The position numbers were made by a program, and so were the translations under genes. Below the pieces are notes generated by a model that saw nothing but the letters and a program-made list of their open reading frames with translations, did not search any database and was not told the origin of the DNA. A stretch of 63,276 nucleotides of DNA, the filler included, from Pseudobdellovibrionaceae bacterium (GTDB lineage Bacteria > Bdellovibrionota > Bdellovibrionia > Bdellovibrionales > UBA1609): assembly GCA_030591685.1 (NCBI GenBank). It is 7 parts of 7 records of this genome, joined end to end, with 100 filler letters (N's around TTAATTAATTAA, not from the genome) between each part and the next. Parts side by side here need not be neighbours in the genome. Positions count along the whole stretch, not along the records: positions 48,739 to 54,160 come from JAUVAX010000078.1; positions 54,261 to 59,837 come from JAUVAX010000076.1; positions 59,938 to 63,276 come from JAUVAX010000003.1; 4 more parts are not named here. One strand, 5' to 3'. Positions 51,254 through 60,444 of the stretch are shown here, piece after piece (within the stretch, counting starts at the first letter, position 1; the number at the start of each line of letters is the position of its first letter).

Positions 51254-51804
51254 TGTCTTTTGATTTCACACTATCTCTTCGTGAGCGAGTGCTCTTTATT
51301 GTCATTTTATTAATTTTTCTATTAGCCTTTAACAAGTTGTGGATAGATAGGCAGGATAAAAAAATTGTAGCATTGCTCAGTCAAATTAAGTCAAAAAAGA
51401 GCCAAATACAAAAGAGCAATAAACTTATGCAAGAGCTTCATGCAAAGAGTGTCGACTCTATTTCGTCAACAAAGAAAAAGCCTCAGTATGAAAAATATCT
51501 TGAGGCCAACAGATACCTTTCTAACCTTATTCGTAACTTAGGCACCGAGAGTAGGGGGGGCGATATTCATCTGCAGAGAATGTATATAGATGGTCATAAA
51601 AAAGTGAGTGATTTTTTTAGAAGTTCTTTTAAGTTAGATGTAGAAGTATCATTTAAATCTTTGGGCGAATTTTTGGGTGAAATAGGGGGCTCTAAATTAC
51701 TAATTGAGGTAAAATCTATTAAGCTCACTCGTATTGATAAAGAACTTAAAAGATGCAATGCCACAATAGAAATCTACGGCTACTATCAGGCTGGAGGAGC
51801 GTAA
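51250..51804 (+). CDS. PilO/MshJ-like protein
   Basis: LSLRER then TM helix, coiled coil, SF..LGEFL..I. Confidence 0.7.
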   Translation: MMSFDFTLSLRERVLFIVILLIFLLAFNKLWIDRQDKKIVALLSQIKSKKSQIQKSNKLMQELHAKSVDSISSTKKKPQYEKYLEANRYLSNLIRNLGTESRGGDIHLQRMYIDGHKKVSDFFRSSFKLDVEVSFKSLGEFLGEIGGSKLLIEVKSIKLTRIDKELKRCNATIEIYGYYQAGGA

Positions 51805-52254
51805 ATGAAAATCTTAGTATGTTTTGTGAAAACTGTATTTTTAGTTCTCTTTATGGCACTGCCCTTAAAAGCACAAACTATTGTGCCGGGCAAGCAACTG
51901 AAGGTTGTGATCGACTCTGACAGCAGTCACTTGAATAAAAAAATAAAATATAAATGGGGTACGGATCCCTTTTATAAAACTCCAGGGTTTGTAGCTAGGA
52001 CAAAAAAACGTAAACCACTAAAACTTGAAGCTGTTTTACACAGTAATAATGAGCGATCACTAGCTGTAATTAATGGCAAAACAGTTTTTGTAAATACTAT
52101 TATTAATGGGTACGTCGTTAAAAATATTGGGACAAACTTTGTTGTTGTTAAAAAGAACAATTCACTTATAGAACTTCAGCTTCAACCTATAGAAAATAAA
52201 ATTCTAACAGATATAGACTACTGGGACCGACTCCCAGCCTCTGAGACCAAATAA
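51805..52254 (+). CDS. PilP/MshK/GspB-like protein
   Basis: DPF motif; LEAVL...LAVING..V...INGY.V..I. Confidence 0.62.
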   Translation: MKILVCFVKTVFLVLFMALPLKAQTIVPGKQLKVVIDSDSSHLNKKIKYKWGTDPFYKTPGFVARTKKRKPLKLEAVLHSNNERSLAVINGKTVFVNTIINGYVVKNIGTNFVVVKKNNSLIELQLQPIENKILTDIDYWDRLPASETK

Positions 52255-52421
52255 CTCTATGCCTTTAAAAAAACATCAACTTTGTAAGAGACCCATCAGA
52301 ACAGAAGAGAGCTTCTGATTTCTAAAGAGTTATTTTAATGCCTACTTTGGTAATTTAAAAAAAATATTTTAACATTCGTTCTAAAAATATAAACCTTAGC
52401 GAAAACGAGTTGTTTAACGAA

Positions 52422-53735
52422 CTAACCTTTAATAAACCACTGAGTCACTAGGTCATGACCGATCCAGCACACCGGATTCTTAGTTTTTTGTCCATAAAAA
52501 TAGTTAAGCATAATTTCACCACTGGCTTGAAAAATGATTTCACTCAACTCGGCCGTGAGAAGTTGCTTGTCATTTTTATGCATCTCTAAAATAGATTGTG
52601 AAGTTTTACGCATTAAAGACATTTGCTCTGGGCCATTGTGCTGGGGCCATTGATCATAGAGGCTCCATTCATTTTTAATTACACTAGAGCTAAAGTACTC
52701 ATCTGTGAGTTTAAAAATATCTTCTAATTTATACTCAGGCTTAAGAAGGGTCTCACACTGTTTTTTTAAGGCGATAACCTTTGGGTTGTTGGGGGCTTTG
52801 ACTAAAAAAGACTTCATTAATGGGTAGAGGGCGATTTCAATACCTAAAAATATACTACTTGAGTTTGTTAATATTTCGGGGACATTAAATACAACGGCAT
52901 TTGCACCGCTGTTACAGGCCTCGCTCGCATAGTTTTCAAGAGATTTTTTAGCAAAGCCCTGTAGATAAGGGGCATAAGACTGCCATTTATAATCGTTATT
53001 TATTAAGAGTTCATTGCCATGGTAACCGTAGGCTAAAAACTGACATGCTGAGGAGGTTCTACTCATATTCTCTCTGAAGTTTTTTGATTCAGTGATCAAG
53101 TGTTGAAACGAATGGGCGGTCACTTCTTCAAATGATCGAGCGCAAAGTTGACCTATCTCTGAATCCCAAAAAACCTTTGAAGACAAAAACCTCTCTCCGT
53201 GACCCTTAAACACACGGTTCATGAGGGCCATAATTATTTTTGACCGAGGCACCCCGCCGGCCATTGTATGTACAAACGTCACTGATGACGAATCATGTAT
53301 AAGTGGAGCTAACTGTGAAAAAAAGTCTTTAATCTGCGCTTTGAACCTCTCCTGACCCATAGCTATGCACTCTTCAATTTTACCCCAGTCTAATTTTGCA
53401 TCTTGCCAGTCTTTTAGTTTTATAGTGTCCAGTTGGTCGCAAACGGTACTGCCATCACTACAGGGGTCTAAATCAAACCCCGCTTCAAGAGGCACGTTTA
53501 TTAAGGGGTGATGCTCTTTTTCAGCCAATTCCTCATGAGTCAGTGGCCTCAGCGGGCCTTTGTTGTCTCGTCGACCCATAGTTGAGAAAATAACTTTAGC
53601 ACCACTAGACTGTGCCTTTTCAATAAGTCCATTGACATAGCCACGGGCAAAAACTTCGCCAAAAATAACAACAGTATCATTTTCATTAAAGGTCACATTC
53701 TCTGGTAAATTTTGTATGGGGTTAAAATTAGTCAT
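52422..53735 (-). CDS. FabMG-family enoyl-ACP reductase
   Basis: FGEVFARGYVNGL, GRRD, INVPLEAGFDL, HTMAGG, AYGYHG, PEILTNSS match the FabMG family as recalled. Confidence 0.8.
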   Translation of the reverse strand: MTNFNPIQNLPENVTFNENDTVVIFGEVFARGYVNGLIEKAQSSGAKVIFSTMGRRDNKGPLRPLTHEELAEKEHHPLINVPLEAGFDLDPCSDGSTVCDQLDTIKLKDWQDAKLDWGKIEECIAMGQERFKAQIKDFFSQLAPLIHDSSSVTFVHTMAGGVPRSKIIMALMNRVFKGHGERFLSSKVFWDSEIGQLCARSFEEVTAHSFQHLITESKNFRENMSRTSSACQFLAYGYHGNELLINNDYKWQSYAPYLQGFAKKSLENYASEACNSGANAVVFNVPEILTNSSSIFLGIEIALYPLMKSFLVKAPNNPKVIALKKQCETLLKPEYKLEDIFKLTDEYFSSSVIKNEWSLYDQWPQHNGPEQMSLMRKTSQSILEMHKNDKQLLTAELSEIIFQASGEIMLNYFYGQKTKNPVCWIGHDLVTQWFIKG

Positions 53736-53751
53736 GAGTGCCTCTCCTGAA

Positions 53752-54160
53752 TTAGTTAATTATTTTTTGGTAAAGAACCCATAATACGGCTCCGGGTGCA
53801 AATATACGATTTGTCCATAATAGCCCTTCTTGAGCCCAACGAGGATAGTTATGAAGAGCTTCCTTTAGGGCCGGGCGACCAAGAGCCCAACCAAAAAATA
53901 ATGAAATTAAAATACCACCAATGGGTAAAAAGTAACTACTGGTTAACTTATCAAACAGGTCAAAAAAGTTGTGTGTCCCGAGTATATCAAATACATTTGA
54001 CATTTTATTTGTAGAATAAACAGTCAAAAGTCCCATTACAAATAAAATCAGCCCTGTGAGCAGCGTTGTTCTTACTCGAGAGGTTTTATGTGTGTCGGTC
54101 CAGTAAGCGACTATAACCTCAAGTATAGAAACAGCTGAGGTCAGAGCGGCAAAAGTCACC
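53752..54160 (-). CDS. NSS-family sodium-dependent transporter, C-terminal fragment
   Basis: FAALTSAVSILE, FFDLFD...LPIGG...FFGW; truncated by the gap. Confidence 0.85.
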
Positions 54161-54260
54161 NNNNNNNNNNNNNNNNNNNNNNNNNNNNNNNNNNNNNNNN
54201 NNNNTTAATTAATTAANNNNNNNNNNNNNNNNNNNNNNNNNNNNNNNNNNNNNNNNNNNN
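54161..54260. other. Artificial contig linker
   Basis: N44-TTAATTAATTAA-N44. Confidence 0.97.
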
Positions 54261-54917
54261 AGAAAGTCCTTTGATGAAAAGTCTTTTTTTGTTTTATTAC
54301 CCATTAAGCATAAATACATAAAAATTATGCCAAAAGCCTTTAAAATCGAAAACCCCCGCATGGGTGATTTTTTGTTTTTAAGTGAGTACTTTAAGGCTCA
54401 TATTTTTGTTAAGGGTAAAATTCAATACAGAAAAAAGGATAATTTTTCTGATAAAATCGAATCAGTCATTGTTTTTACGGCCTATCAAGTCGGTAACGGG
54501 CGAGTGATTGCTGACGTTAAGAGGAGGTATGTTACTACTGGTGGTGAGTTTAAAAAAGTAGTTCAAAAAAATAACCGAAAGGTCTTTGAGACTATTACTA
54601 AAGATTTAGTCTCTCAAGTTTATTCAACTTGGCAAAAAGGGACTTTTGGCTCTAGTTTGATAAAAATCACATTTAACGGCAAGATATCCTATAAAAAACT
54701 AATCCTGTTAAAAAATAAGCTCAGTCATTTAAATGAAATTCGAGAAATAAGAGAGCGATTATTTGCTCCTGATAGTGTGACTTTTGAGGTAGATGCTTCA
54801 GCGCTGCCTCATGAGCTGGCTAAAGTTATTGCACGACTAAAGCTAAACCACCTTTCTATTGAATTAGATGATGTGAGCTCAAATGAAATCAAACTAGACG
54901 TAAGCACTAGCCTATAG
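54261..54917 (+). CDS. Hypothetical protein, 5' truncated
   Basis: Frame is open back to the gap. Confidence 0.65.
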   Translation, partial: RKSFDEKSFFVLLPIKHKYIKIMPKAFKIENPRMGDFLFLSEYFKAHIFVKGKIQYRKKDNFSDKIESVIVFTAYQVGNGRVIADVKRRYVTTGGEFKKVVQKNNRKVFETITKDLVSQVYSTWQKGTFGSSLIKITFNGKISYKKLILLKNKLSHLNEIREIRERLFAPDSVTFEVDASALPHELAKVIARLKLNHLSIELDDVSSNEIKLDVSTSL

Positions 54918-54976
54918 GCTAGTGCTTACAGAAACTAAGTATTTTCAAACTCTTATTTTACCATTAATATGTATAT

Positions 54977-55912
54977 ATGCTTTTTAGAACTTTAATTATA
55001 TTTTTGTCATTATCATTTTTTGGGTGTTCTGTGTTTAGCCCCAAAAGAGGTCCTCGCAGAAAAACTCCAACATTAGATGTCCCACATTATGCTAGGGGAG
55101 CTAAAGGGGGAGTTAAAAAAAGAATTTTAGTACTTCCCTTTTTAGATGAAAAATTAACTCGTAGCTCAAAAATTAGAAACATAGCCCGAAGGGCGCTGGT
55201 TCATCAAATCATAAGTACGGGTCAGTTTGTTGTTGTTAAAAATTCTGATTTTCCTCAAGATTTAAAAAAATTTTTAAATCAAAAAAATGAGTATAACTTT
55301 GAGCGGATTTCAAAAATCACTGCAGGCATGGGGATTTCAGGGTTGGTTGAGGGTAAAATTCTAGAGATTCGAGCCAAAAAAATTGGCGACCAAGTGGGCC
55401 TCATTAGACAGATTAAGGCTCAGGTGGAGGCGGTCATCAAATTAAGGATGGCGTCGGCTAAAAATGGCAAGATATTACTTGATGAGGTGAAAAGGTCCAA
55501 GGTGGAAACCACAACAACCCGGGTGGCTAAATACTCTTACAGTGATCGTTATCTAGAACAAGACCCTGTGTTAGTTAAAAAGGCCGTGATTAAAGCTATG
55601 AACTCGTCGGTAGGTTTGATTGTAAGATCTGTTCAAAAAATTTCATGGGAAGGCCGAGTGGCTATGGTGACGGGGGATAAAATCTACGTCAATGCCGGTC
55701 GATTATCAGGCTTACAGGTAGGTGATATTTTAAAAATCACCGAAAAGGGACCTGAAATTTTTGACCCCGAAACGGGGATATTTATCGGCAATGCCCCCGG
55801 TCGAATGAAAGGAACCCTAGAGCTTGTGAGCTATTTTGGTAAAGATGGCTCCATAGGCATTGTTCACTCCGGTTCAGGGTTTAGAGAAAACGACCGCGTA
55901 GAGCTTTATTAA
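54977..55912 (+). CDS. CsgG/FlgT-like lipoprotein
   Basis: FFGC lipobox; KKRILVLPF; VYVNAG..SGL..GD...IFDPETG..IG-type C-domain. Confidence 0.72.
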   Translation: MLFRTLIIFLSLSFFGCSVFSPKRGPRRKTPTLDVPHYARGAKGGVKKRILVLPFLDEKLTRSSKIRNIARRALVHQIISTGQFVVVKNSDFPQDLKKFLNQKNEYNFERISKITAGMGISGLVEGKILEIRAKKIGDQVGLIRQIKAQVEAVIKLRMASAKNGKILLDEVKRSKVETTTTRVAKYSYSDRYLEQDPVLVKKAVIKAMNSSVGLIVRSVQKISWEGRVAMVTGDKIYVNAGRLSGLQVGDILKITEKGPEIFDPETGIFIGNAPGRMKGTLELVSYFGKDGSIGIVHSGSGFRENDRVELY

Positions 55913-55966
55913 ATAATTTTAAAATTATATTTGTTAATGACCCTGCTTGGTGGCAGTATCGGACCT

Positions 55967-56608
55967 ATGAAATTTGACTATGACGTCATTGACTTAGGTC
56001 TTTCAGACTATAAAAAAACTCTCAAATTACAAGGGCAATATCACAAGGGTGTTTTGTCGGGTCAAAAGCCAGTTGTTTTATTTGTTGAACACCCCTCGGT
56101 GATTACTTTAGGCCCACGCGCCTCAATAGAGCAAGATTTGGTCGTCAGTGAAAGCTCGTTAAAAGAAAATGGCATTGAGGTTTTTCACACTGATCGAGGT
56201 GGGGAGGCCACGTTGCACTCCCCCGGTCAGTTAGTTATTTACCCTATTTTACCAATAAAGCTTTGGGGCCTTAAGCTAAGAGATTACGTTCAGTTGTTGC
56301 TAAGTACCACTTCAAAAACATTTTTTGAGTACGGCGCACCTGCAGATATTCAAACCAATAATCCAGGGGTGTATGTTGAGGGCCTAAAGGTGGCTTTTGT
56401 TGGCTTAAGGGTAGAGCGAGGCGTAGTACGCCATGGGGTTTCTATAAACTTAACAAACGACCTGTCGTTATTTAATAAAATAAAACCCTGCGGCGAGGAT
56501 ATTGTAAAAGTTAATAGTTTATCAAACATTTTAGAGGCACCTGTAGTTTTAAGTGAGTTTTCATCTCTTTGGTCGTCGTTATTTAACGAAGGTTTAAATT
56601 GTTACTAA
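55967..56608 (+). CDS. lipB: Lipoyl(octanoyl) transferase
   Basis: EHPSVITLG, DRGGEATLHSPGQLVIYPI, K.AFVG, HGVSIN, PCG. Confidence 0.92.
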   Translation: MKFDYDVIDLGLSDYKKTLKLQGQYHKGVLSGQKPVVLFVEHPSVITLGPRASIEQDLVVSESSLKENGIEVFHTDRGGEATLHSPGQLVIYPILPIKLWGLKLRDYVQLLLSTTSKTFFEYGAPADIQTNNPGVYVEGLKVAFVGLRVERGVVRHGVSINLTNDLSLFNKIKPCGEDIVKVNSLSNILEAPVVLSEFSSLWSSLFNEGLNCY

Positions 56609-56696
56609 GCTAAAAGTCTTGCTGAAATATCAATTCTAGACTCTTTTTTTGGGCATTTAATGTCGAAAAGTAAGTGTTAACCTCAGGAGACTCAAT

Positions 56697-57590
56697 ATGA
56701 TTAAAGGTATAATATATTTAACTTCACTTTTGCTGTTACTTACAGGCTGCCAGCATCCAAAGTTAGTTTCAGCCAAAGATGTACAAGTTGATGGTGAGCA
56801 GGTCCAGTTAATTTTAAGCGACCTTTCTGAGCACTATTGCCCAACAGTAAGGGAGTATATAACCACCTTTGAGTATTTAAAGACTAAAAAAAATTACTAT
56901 ACGCATGCCTGGGCTCAGTCTGTTGCACATAAGGTTTCAAAGGGGTGTAAAGGGGCTGCTTTAAGGTTTATTAAAGTCTTTGAGCTTATGGTCAAATCAG
57001 ATACCTACGTTGGTGACAGCGCTAAGATTGCAATACAGGCAGCCGTAGCAGGTGATGAGGCAACAAATAGTTATATAGAAGTTTTTCAAAAAAGTTTTTT
57101 AAAAAACTACTTAGATTTAGATTTGGACACATCAATAAAGCTCGCTCGGGGGCTATCGTTTGATTATAAAGGTGACGTAAAGTTTGCAAAAAATGATTTT
57201 TCAAAATTAGTTAAATTTTGTGTCAGTCAAAATGCACTAGATTTATCAAAGCCAGTGTGTGCCAAACTTTCATATCGTATTTCGTTATATGGTCAAGACA
57301 CACCTACGGGAGTCTACGGCCCCTTTATGGTCGCGTTTAACTATTTTACTACAGGCAAAGGGCCACGTGTAACAACTTCAAAGGCCCTTAGTATTTCTGA
57401 AACCTTGGTTAAGGTGAGTCCCATGGCGGTGTATAACTTTATAAAGGCCTATGAGTATGGCATTAGCAAAACAGGCCTTGATTTAACGGTTTCAGAGGCT
57501 GTTAAATTTGCTAAATCAATGGGTGACGGGAGCGTTAGGGTTCCCGCAAGTACGACTAAAACTGAAGGCTCAGTTGAACTCCAGAAATAA
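56697..57590 (+). CDS. Helical-repeat lipoprotein
   Basis: LLTGC lipobox; recurring LDL...A.K.A units. Confidence 0.72.
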   Translation: MIKGIIYLTSLLLLLTGCQHPKLVSAKDVQVDGEQVQLILSDLSEHYCPTVREYITTFEYLKTKKNYYTHAWAQSVAHKVSKGCKGAALRFIKVFELMVKSDTYVGDSAKIAIQAAVAGDEATNSYIEVFQKSFLKNYLDLDLDTSIKLARGLSFDYKGDVKFAKNDFSKLVKFCVSQNALDLSKPVCAKLSYRISLYGQDTPTGVYGPFMVAFNYFTTGKGPRVTTSKALSISETLVKVSPMAVYNFIKAYEYGISKTGLDLTVSEAVKFAKSMGDGSVRVPASTTKTEGSVELQK

Positions 57591-58296
57591 GCTGTCCGTT
57601 TTTGTCTAAATCAAAATAGGGCATAGACACCGGCCCATAGATTTTTTTCTTGTACTCTTGGTGTCGATCATTAACCGTTTTCCAGTAATTATTAAAATAG
57701 TAGGGTGCAAAAGAGATTAGGGCCGAGAGGCCGGCAAACAAGGCCGTATCGCCCTTTCCGTAGCCAACCATAACAGCGGAAACTGTGAAATTACTTAATG
57801 TGCTTAAAAAATTAATTTTTTTACCGGTTTCAACAGCTTCTTTCAGTTTTTCTTCGGCTATGCGCTCTAAAGCCAGGTTGTCGGCTTTTGTTTTTTTAGA
57901 CATTTTTTTAACTTCGCGGTAACCCTGTTGGTAGGGTTTGTAGTTGTGAGCCATGTAAGAAATCACTCCCACCCACGCAGCCCCAATGAGGACTCCAGCA
58001 TTGGCCACCTTTTTGGCCTCATCGACTTTTCTAAGGTCATCAAAGTCAGGTGTGTTGTTGCTCAAATAGTAAGCTGAAGCCAGGGTCATGATGGATGATG
58101 TAAGGGCCGGGGCGTGAACCGAAAAATTGGGGGTATTGTTGCTTTCTTTTTTAGCCTCAATATATAAACGTTTACTCGCTCTTGGGCTTACTTGTAATTC
58201 GGGGTACTTTAGCACGATTTCTTCAGCTAAAACTTGAGAGTGAACAAACAGGGGAGCAAAAAACATTAATGCTATATAGAAGTTTAATTTTTTCAA
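57556..58296 (-). CDS. Hypothetical membrane protein
   Basis: Signal peptide plus four hydrophobic segments; overlaps the convergent gene by 35 nt. Confidence 0.68.
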   Translation of the reverse strand: MKKLNFYIALMFFAPLFVHSQVLAEEIVLKYPELQVSPRASKRLYIEAKKESNNTPNFSVHAPALTSSIMTLASAYYLSNNTPDFDDLRKVDEAKKVANAGVLIGAAWVGVISYMAHNYKPYQQGYREVKKMSKKTKADNLALERIAEEKLKEAVETGKKINFLSTLSNFTVSAVMVGYGKGDTALFAGLSALISFAPYYFNNYWKTVNDRHQEYKKKIYGPVSMPYFDLDKNGQLISGVQLSLQF

Positions 58297-58360
58297 CAGT
58301 AGATCCTTACTTGTATTTTTAGTTGAGTTCGCTATAATTTTTTAAATATAGGAGAATTTT

Positions 58361-59350
58361 ATGATGTATCAACTAATAAAGAAACATTTTTTTAGTTTAA
58401 TTGTTATTTCAGTACTCAGTAGCCCTGCGGTGGCGAAAAAGGCAGGTATAGTTACAATGATCAAAGGTCCTGTTGAGATTTTTATTAAGCCAAGCCTTGC
58501 CCCTGATACATCAAAGCCCAGCGTAAAGTTTGAAAATAAATTTTATATAATCAAAAAAGCACGAGTGGGTACTAAATTAATGTTTAATCAAGTGATTAAA
58601 ACAGGGGCTGGCTCTAAGTTAAAAATTAATTTTTTAAATGGCGACACTATGATGATAGGTCCAGGTACTGCCTATAGTTTGCATAATTTAAAGGGCAGTA
58701 TTAAAGAACGCAAAAAAAAGCTACAAATGATTAACTTAATTTACGGTAAAATCAGAGCTGTTATTTCAAAGACCGGACCTAGGAGCAACATGAAGGTAAA
58801 AACAAAAGTGGCTGTTGCTGGTATTCGTGGAACAGATTTTTATATAGCCTATAACCCCTCTGAAGAGGCCTCCTCTGTAGATGTACTCAGGGGCAAGGTC
58901 GCAGTGAGTACAAGCGAAAAAGCAAAGCCAAAGATGGTTCAAAAAGGATTTCGTTTAAAAGTAAAATATGCCTCTAAGGTAAAAAAACATAAAGTAAGAT
59001 TCCGACCCATTTCAAAAGAAAAGTTAGCTGAAATTCAAAAGGAGACTAAAATTAGACCTGTCAACCTGGCCATGGTTAATGCCTCAGAAGAGACTAAAGT
59101 GATGATGAGGCAGTTAGAGATAAAGTCAAAAAAAATGATTCTTGAAGACATAAAAGCTGACGACCCGAATGGGTACGAGCAAATAGCCGGAGAGGCTGGT
59201 AAAATGACCGCCGAGGAGCTGAATAACAAAGTTATAAATGATTTGAGTGAAAAAGCGCCCACCGAGCCAGAGTTAAGTAAAATAACAGAAGAAGAGCTCA
59301 GAAACTCTTTAGAAAACCAAGAAGATGCCTATAAGAAGTACTTTAGGTAG
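58361..59350 (+). CDS. FecR-domain protein
   Basis: IKTG..S...I.F.NG, L.YGKIR, VKT.VAVAGIRGTDF, V.VL.G.V.V. Confidence 0.82.
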   Translation: MMYQLIKKHFFSLIVISVLSSPAVAKKAGIVTMIKGPVEIFIKPSLAPDTSKPSVKFENKFYIIKKARVGTKLMFNQVIKTGAGSKLKINFLNGDTMMIGPGTAYSLHNLKGSIKERKKKLQMINLIYGKIRAVISKTGPRSNMKVKTKVAVAGIRGTDFYIAYNPSEEASSVDVLRGKVAVSTSEKAKPKMVQKGFRLKVKYASKVKKHKVRFRPISKEKLAEIQKETKIRPVNLAMVNASEETKVMMRQLEIKSKKMILEDIKADDPNGYEQIAGEAGKMTAEELNNKVINDLSEKAPTEPELSKITEEELRNSLENQEDAYKKYFR

Positions 59351-59516
59351 CTGGGCGAACCCTAAGTAAGAGCAAAGTTTAAAAAATAAAAATTTACTAG
59401 CTGAGCCGCAAAGGCCCAAGGGCCTTATTGCGCCGCGCCGCAGATGAGTTCTTCGCTCTCATTATTGATTATAATACATAAAGGTGGCATAAATTTTTGT
59501 TCATAACCGATCATGT

Positions 59517-59593
59517 TGGCTCGTGGCTCAGTTGGTTAGAGCACCACATTGACATTGTGGGGGTCGCCGGTTCGAATCCGGCCGAGCCAACCA
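59517..59593 (+). tRNA. tRNA-Val (GAC)
   Basis: TGGCTCG/CGAGCCA acceptor stem, GCTCAGTTGGTTAGAGC D-arm, CCACA-TTGACAT-TGTGG, GGTTCGAATCC, CCA end. Confidence 0.95.
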
Positions 59594-59837
59594 ATTTTTC
59601 TTAGGTTTATGCCGGGCACATATACTGCCGTCCATACCGATCACATGGTTCACACTTTTATCACAAAAGGGGCGCCTCACTTTTCGTGGTGGGTGACCGT
59701 TTATTTTTTTGCTGCTGCTGACGGTCATCGGGGTAGCGTTTTAAATGGCTCCGTGGTGGAAAGTTGTCAGATCATATAATCAAAAAAAAGTGCGACGACG
59801 GCTGACTAGGGTTAATAGAGGAAATCAAAGCGAGGAT

Positions 59838-59937
59838 NNNNNNNNNNNNNNNNNNNNNNNNNNNNNNNNNNNNNNNNNNNNTTAATTAATTAANNNNNNN
59901 NNNNNNNNNNNNNNNNNNNNNNNNNNNNNNNNNNNNN
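59838..59937. other. Artificial contig linker
   Basis: N44-TTAATTAATTAA-N44. Confidence 0.97.
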
Positions 59938-60097
59938 CAACATACTTGGGAGCCGTCCAACCAAACCTAAAAACACACAGAGATTTTGTTTTATAATTAA
60001 CCACAATCCAATCACACGGATATAGTCGTTGACCTTCTTGCTTTAGACTAATGAACTCTGAACGTCTTTTTAGGGATATTAACGGATTATTTGCCAC
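59938..60097 (-). CDS. rnpA: RNase P protein component, truncated by the gap
   Basis: LKRRSEF...G.R...RFG.T..K.V; canonical position after rpmH. Confidence 0.85.
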
Positions 60098-60236
60098 CCG
60101 TTGTTACCGTAAGGCGCTTTCTGCCTTTAGCACGACGACGAGAAATAACTTGCTGACCATCTTTTGTGGCCATTCTTGAACGAAAACCATGAGTATTTTT
60201 TCTTCTTCTATTGCTTGGCTGATATGTGCGCTTCAT
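60087..60236 (-). CDS. rpmH: 50S ribosomal protein L34
   Basis: Missing from the ORF track. [49 protein letters not shown]. Confidence 0.97.
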   Translation of the reverse strand: MKRTYQPSNRRRKNTHGFRSRMATKDGQQVISRRRAKGRKRLTVTTGGK

Positions 60237-60391
60237 AACTATTAACTCCAGAGTGTTTATTACTCATTACGACTTTATTTTACGTCTATAAATTTCAAGC
60301 CTCTTTTGCCTGATGCGACACATACAATCATATCCACACTAAGACGTCAAGATGTTGAATTTTTAGTCTGCCTATGCTACCCATCGAGAAC

Positions 60392-60400
60392 TTATCCACA
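60392..60400 (+). promoter_or_regulatory. DnaA box in the dnaA promoter
   Basis: Perfect TTATCCACA; near-match ATATCCACA at 60330-60338. Confidence 0.85.
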
Positions 60401-60444
60401 TAATCACAGTTTGCGGCAAAAAAAGACTATCAGGGGGCTCTTTA

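Noticed and set aside
59528..59779. Short ORFs 59528-59728 (-) and 59549-59779 (+)
   Set aside because: They overlap tRNA-Val and are shadow translations with no motifs.
48739..59837. Apparent strand-composition shift before oriC as a sign of inversion
   Set aside because: Judged only by eye, confounded by gene orientation and by arbitrary contig order in the pseudo-scaffold.
8304..59937. Six identical TTAATTAATTAA palindromes inside N runs as a biological repeat
   Set aside because: Fixed 100-nt six-frame-stop linkers added during contig concatenation. Gene neighbourhoods across them were treated as unproven.
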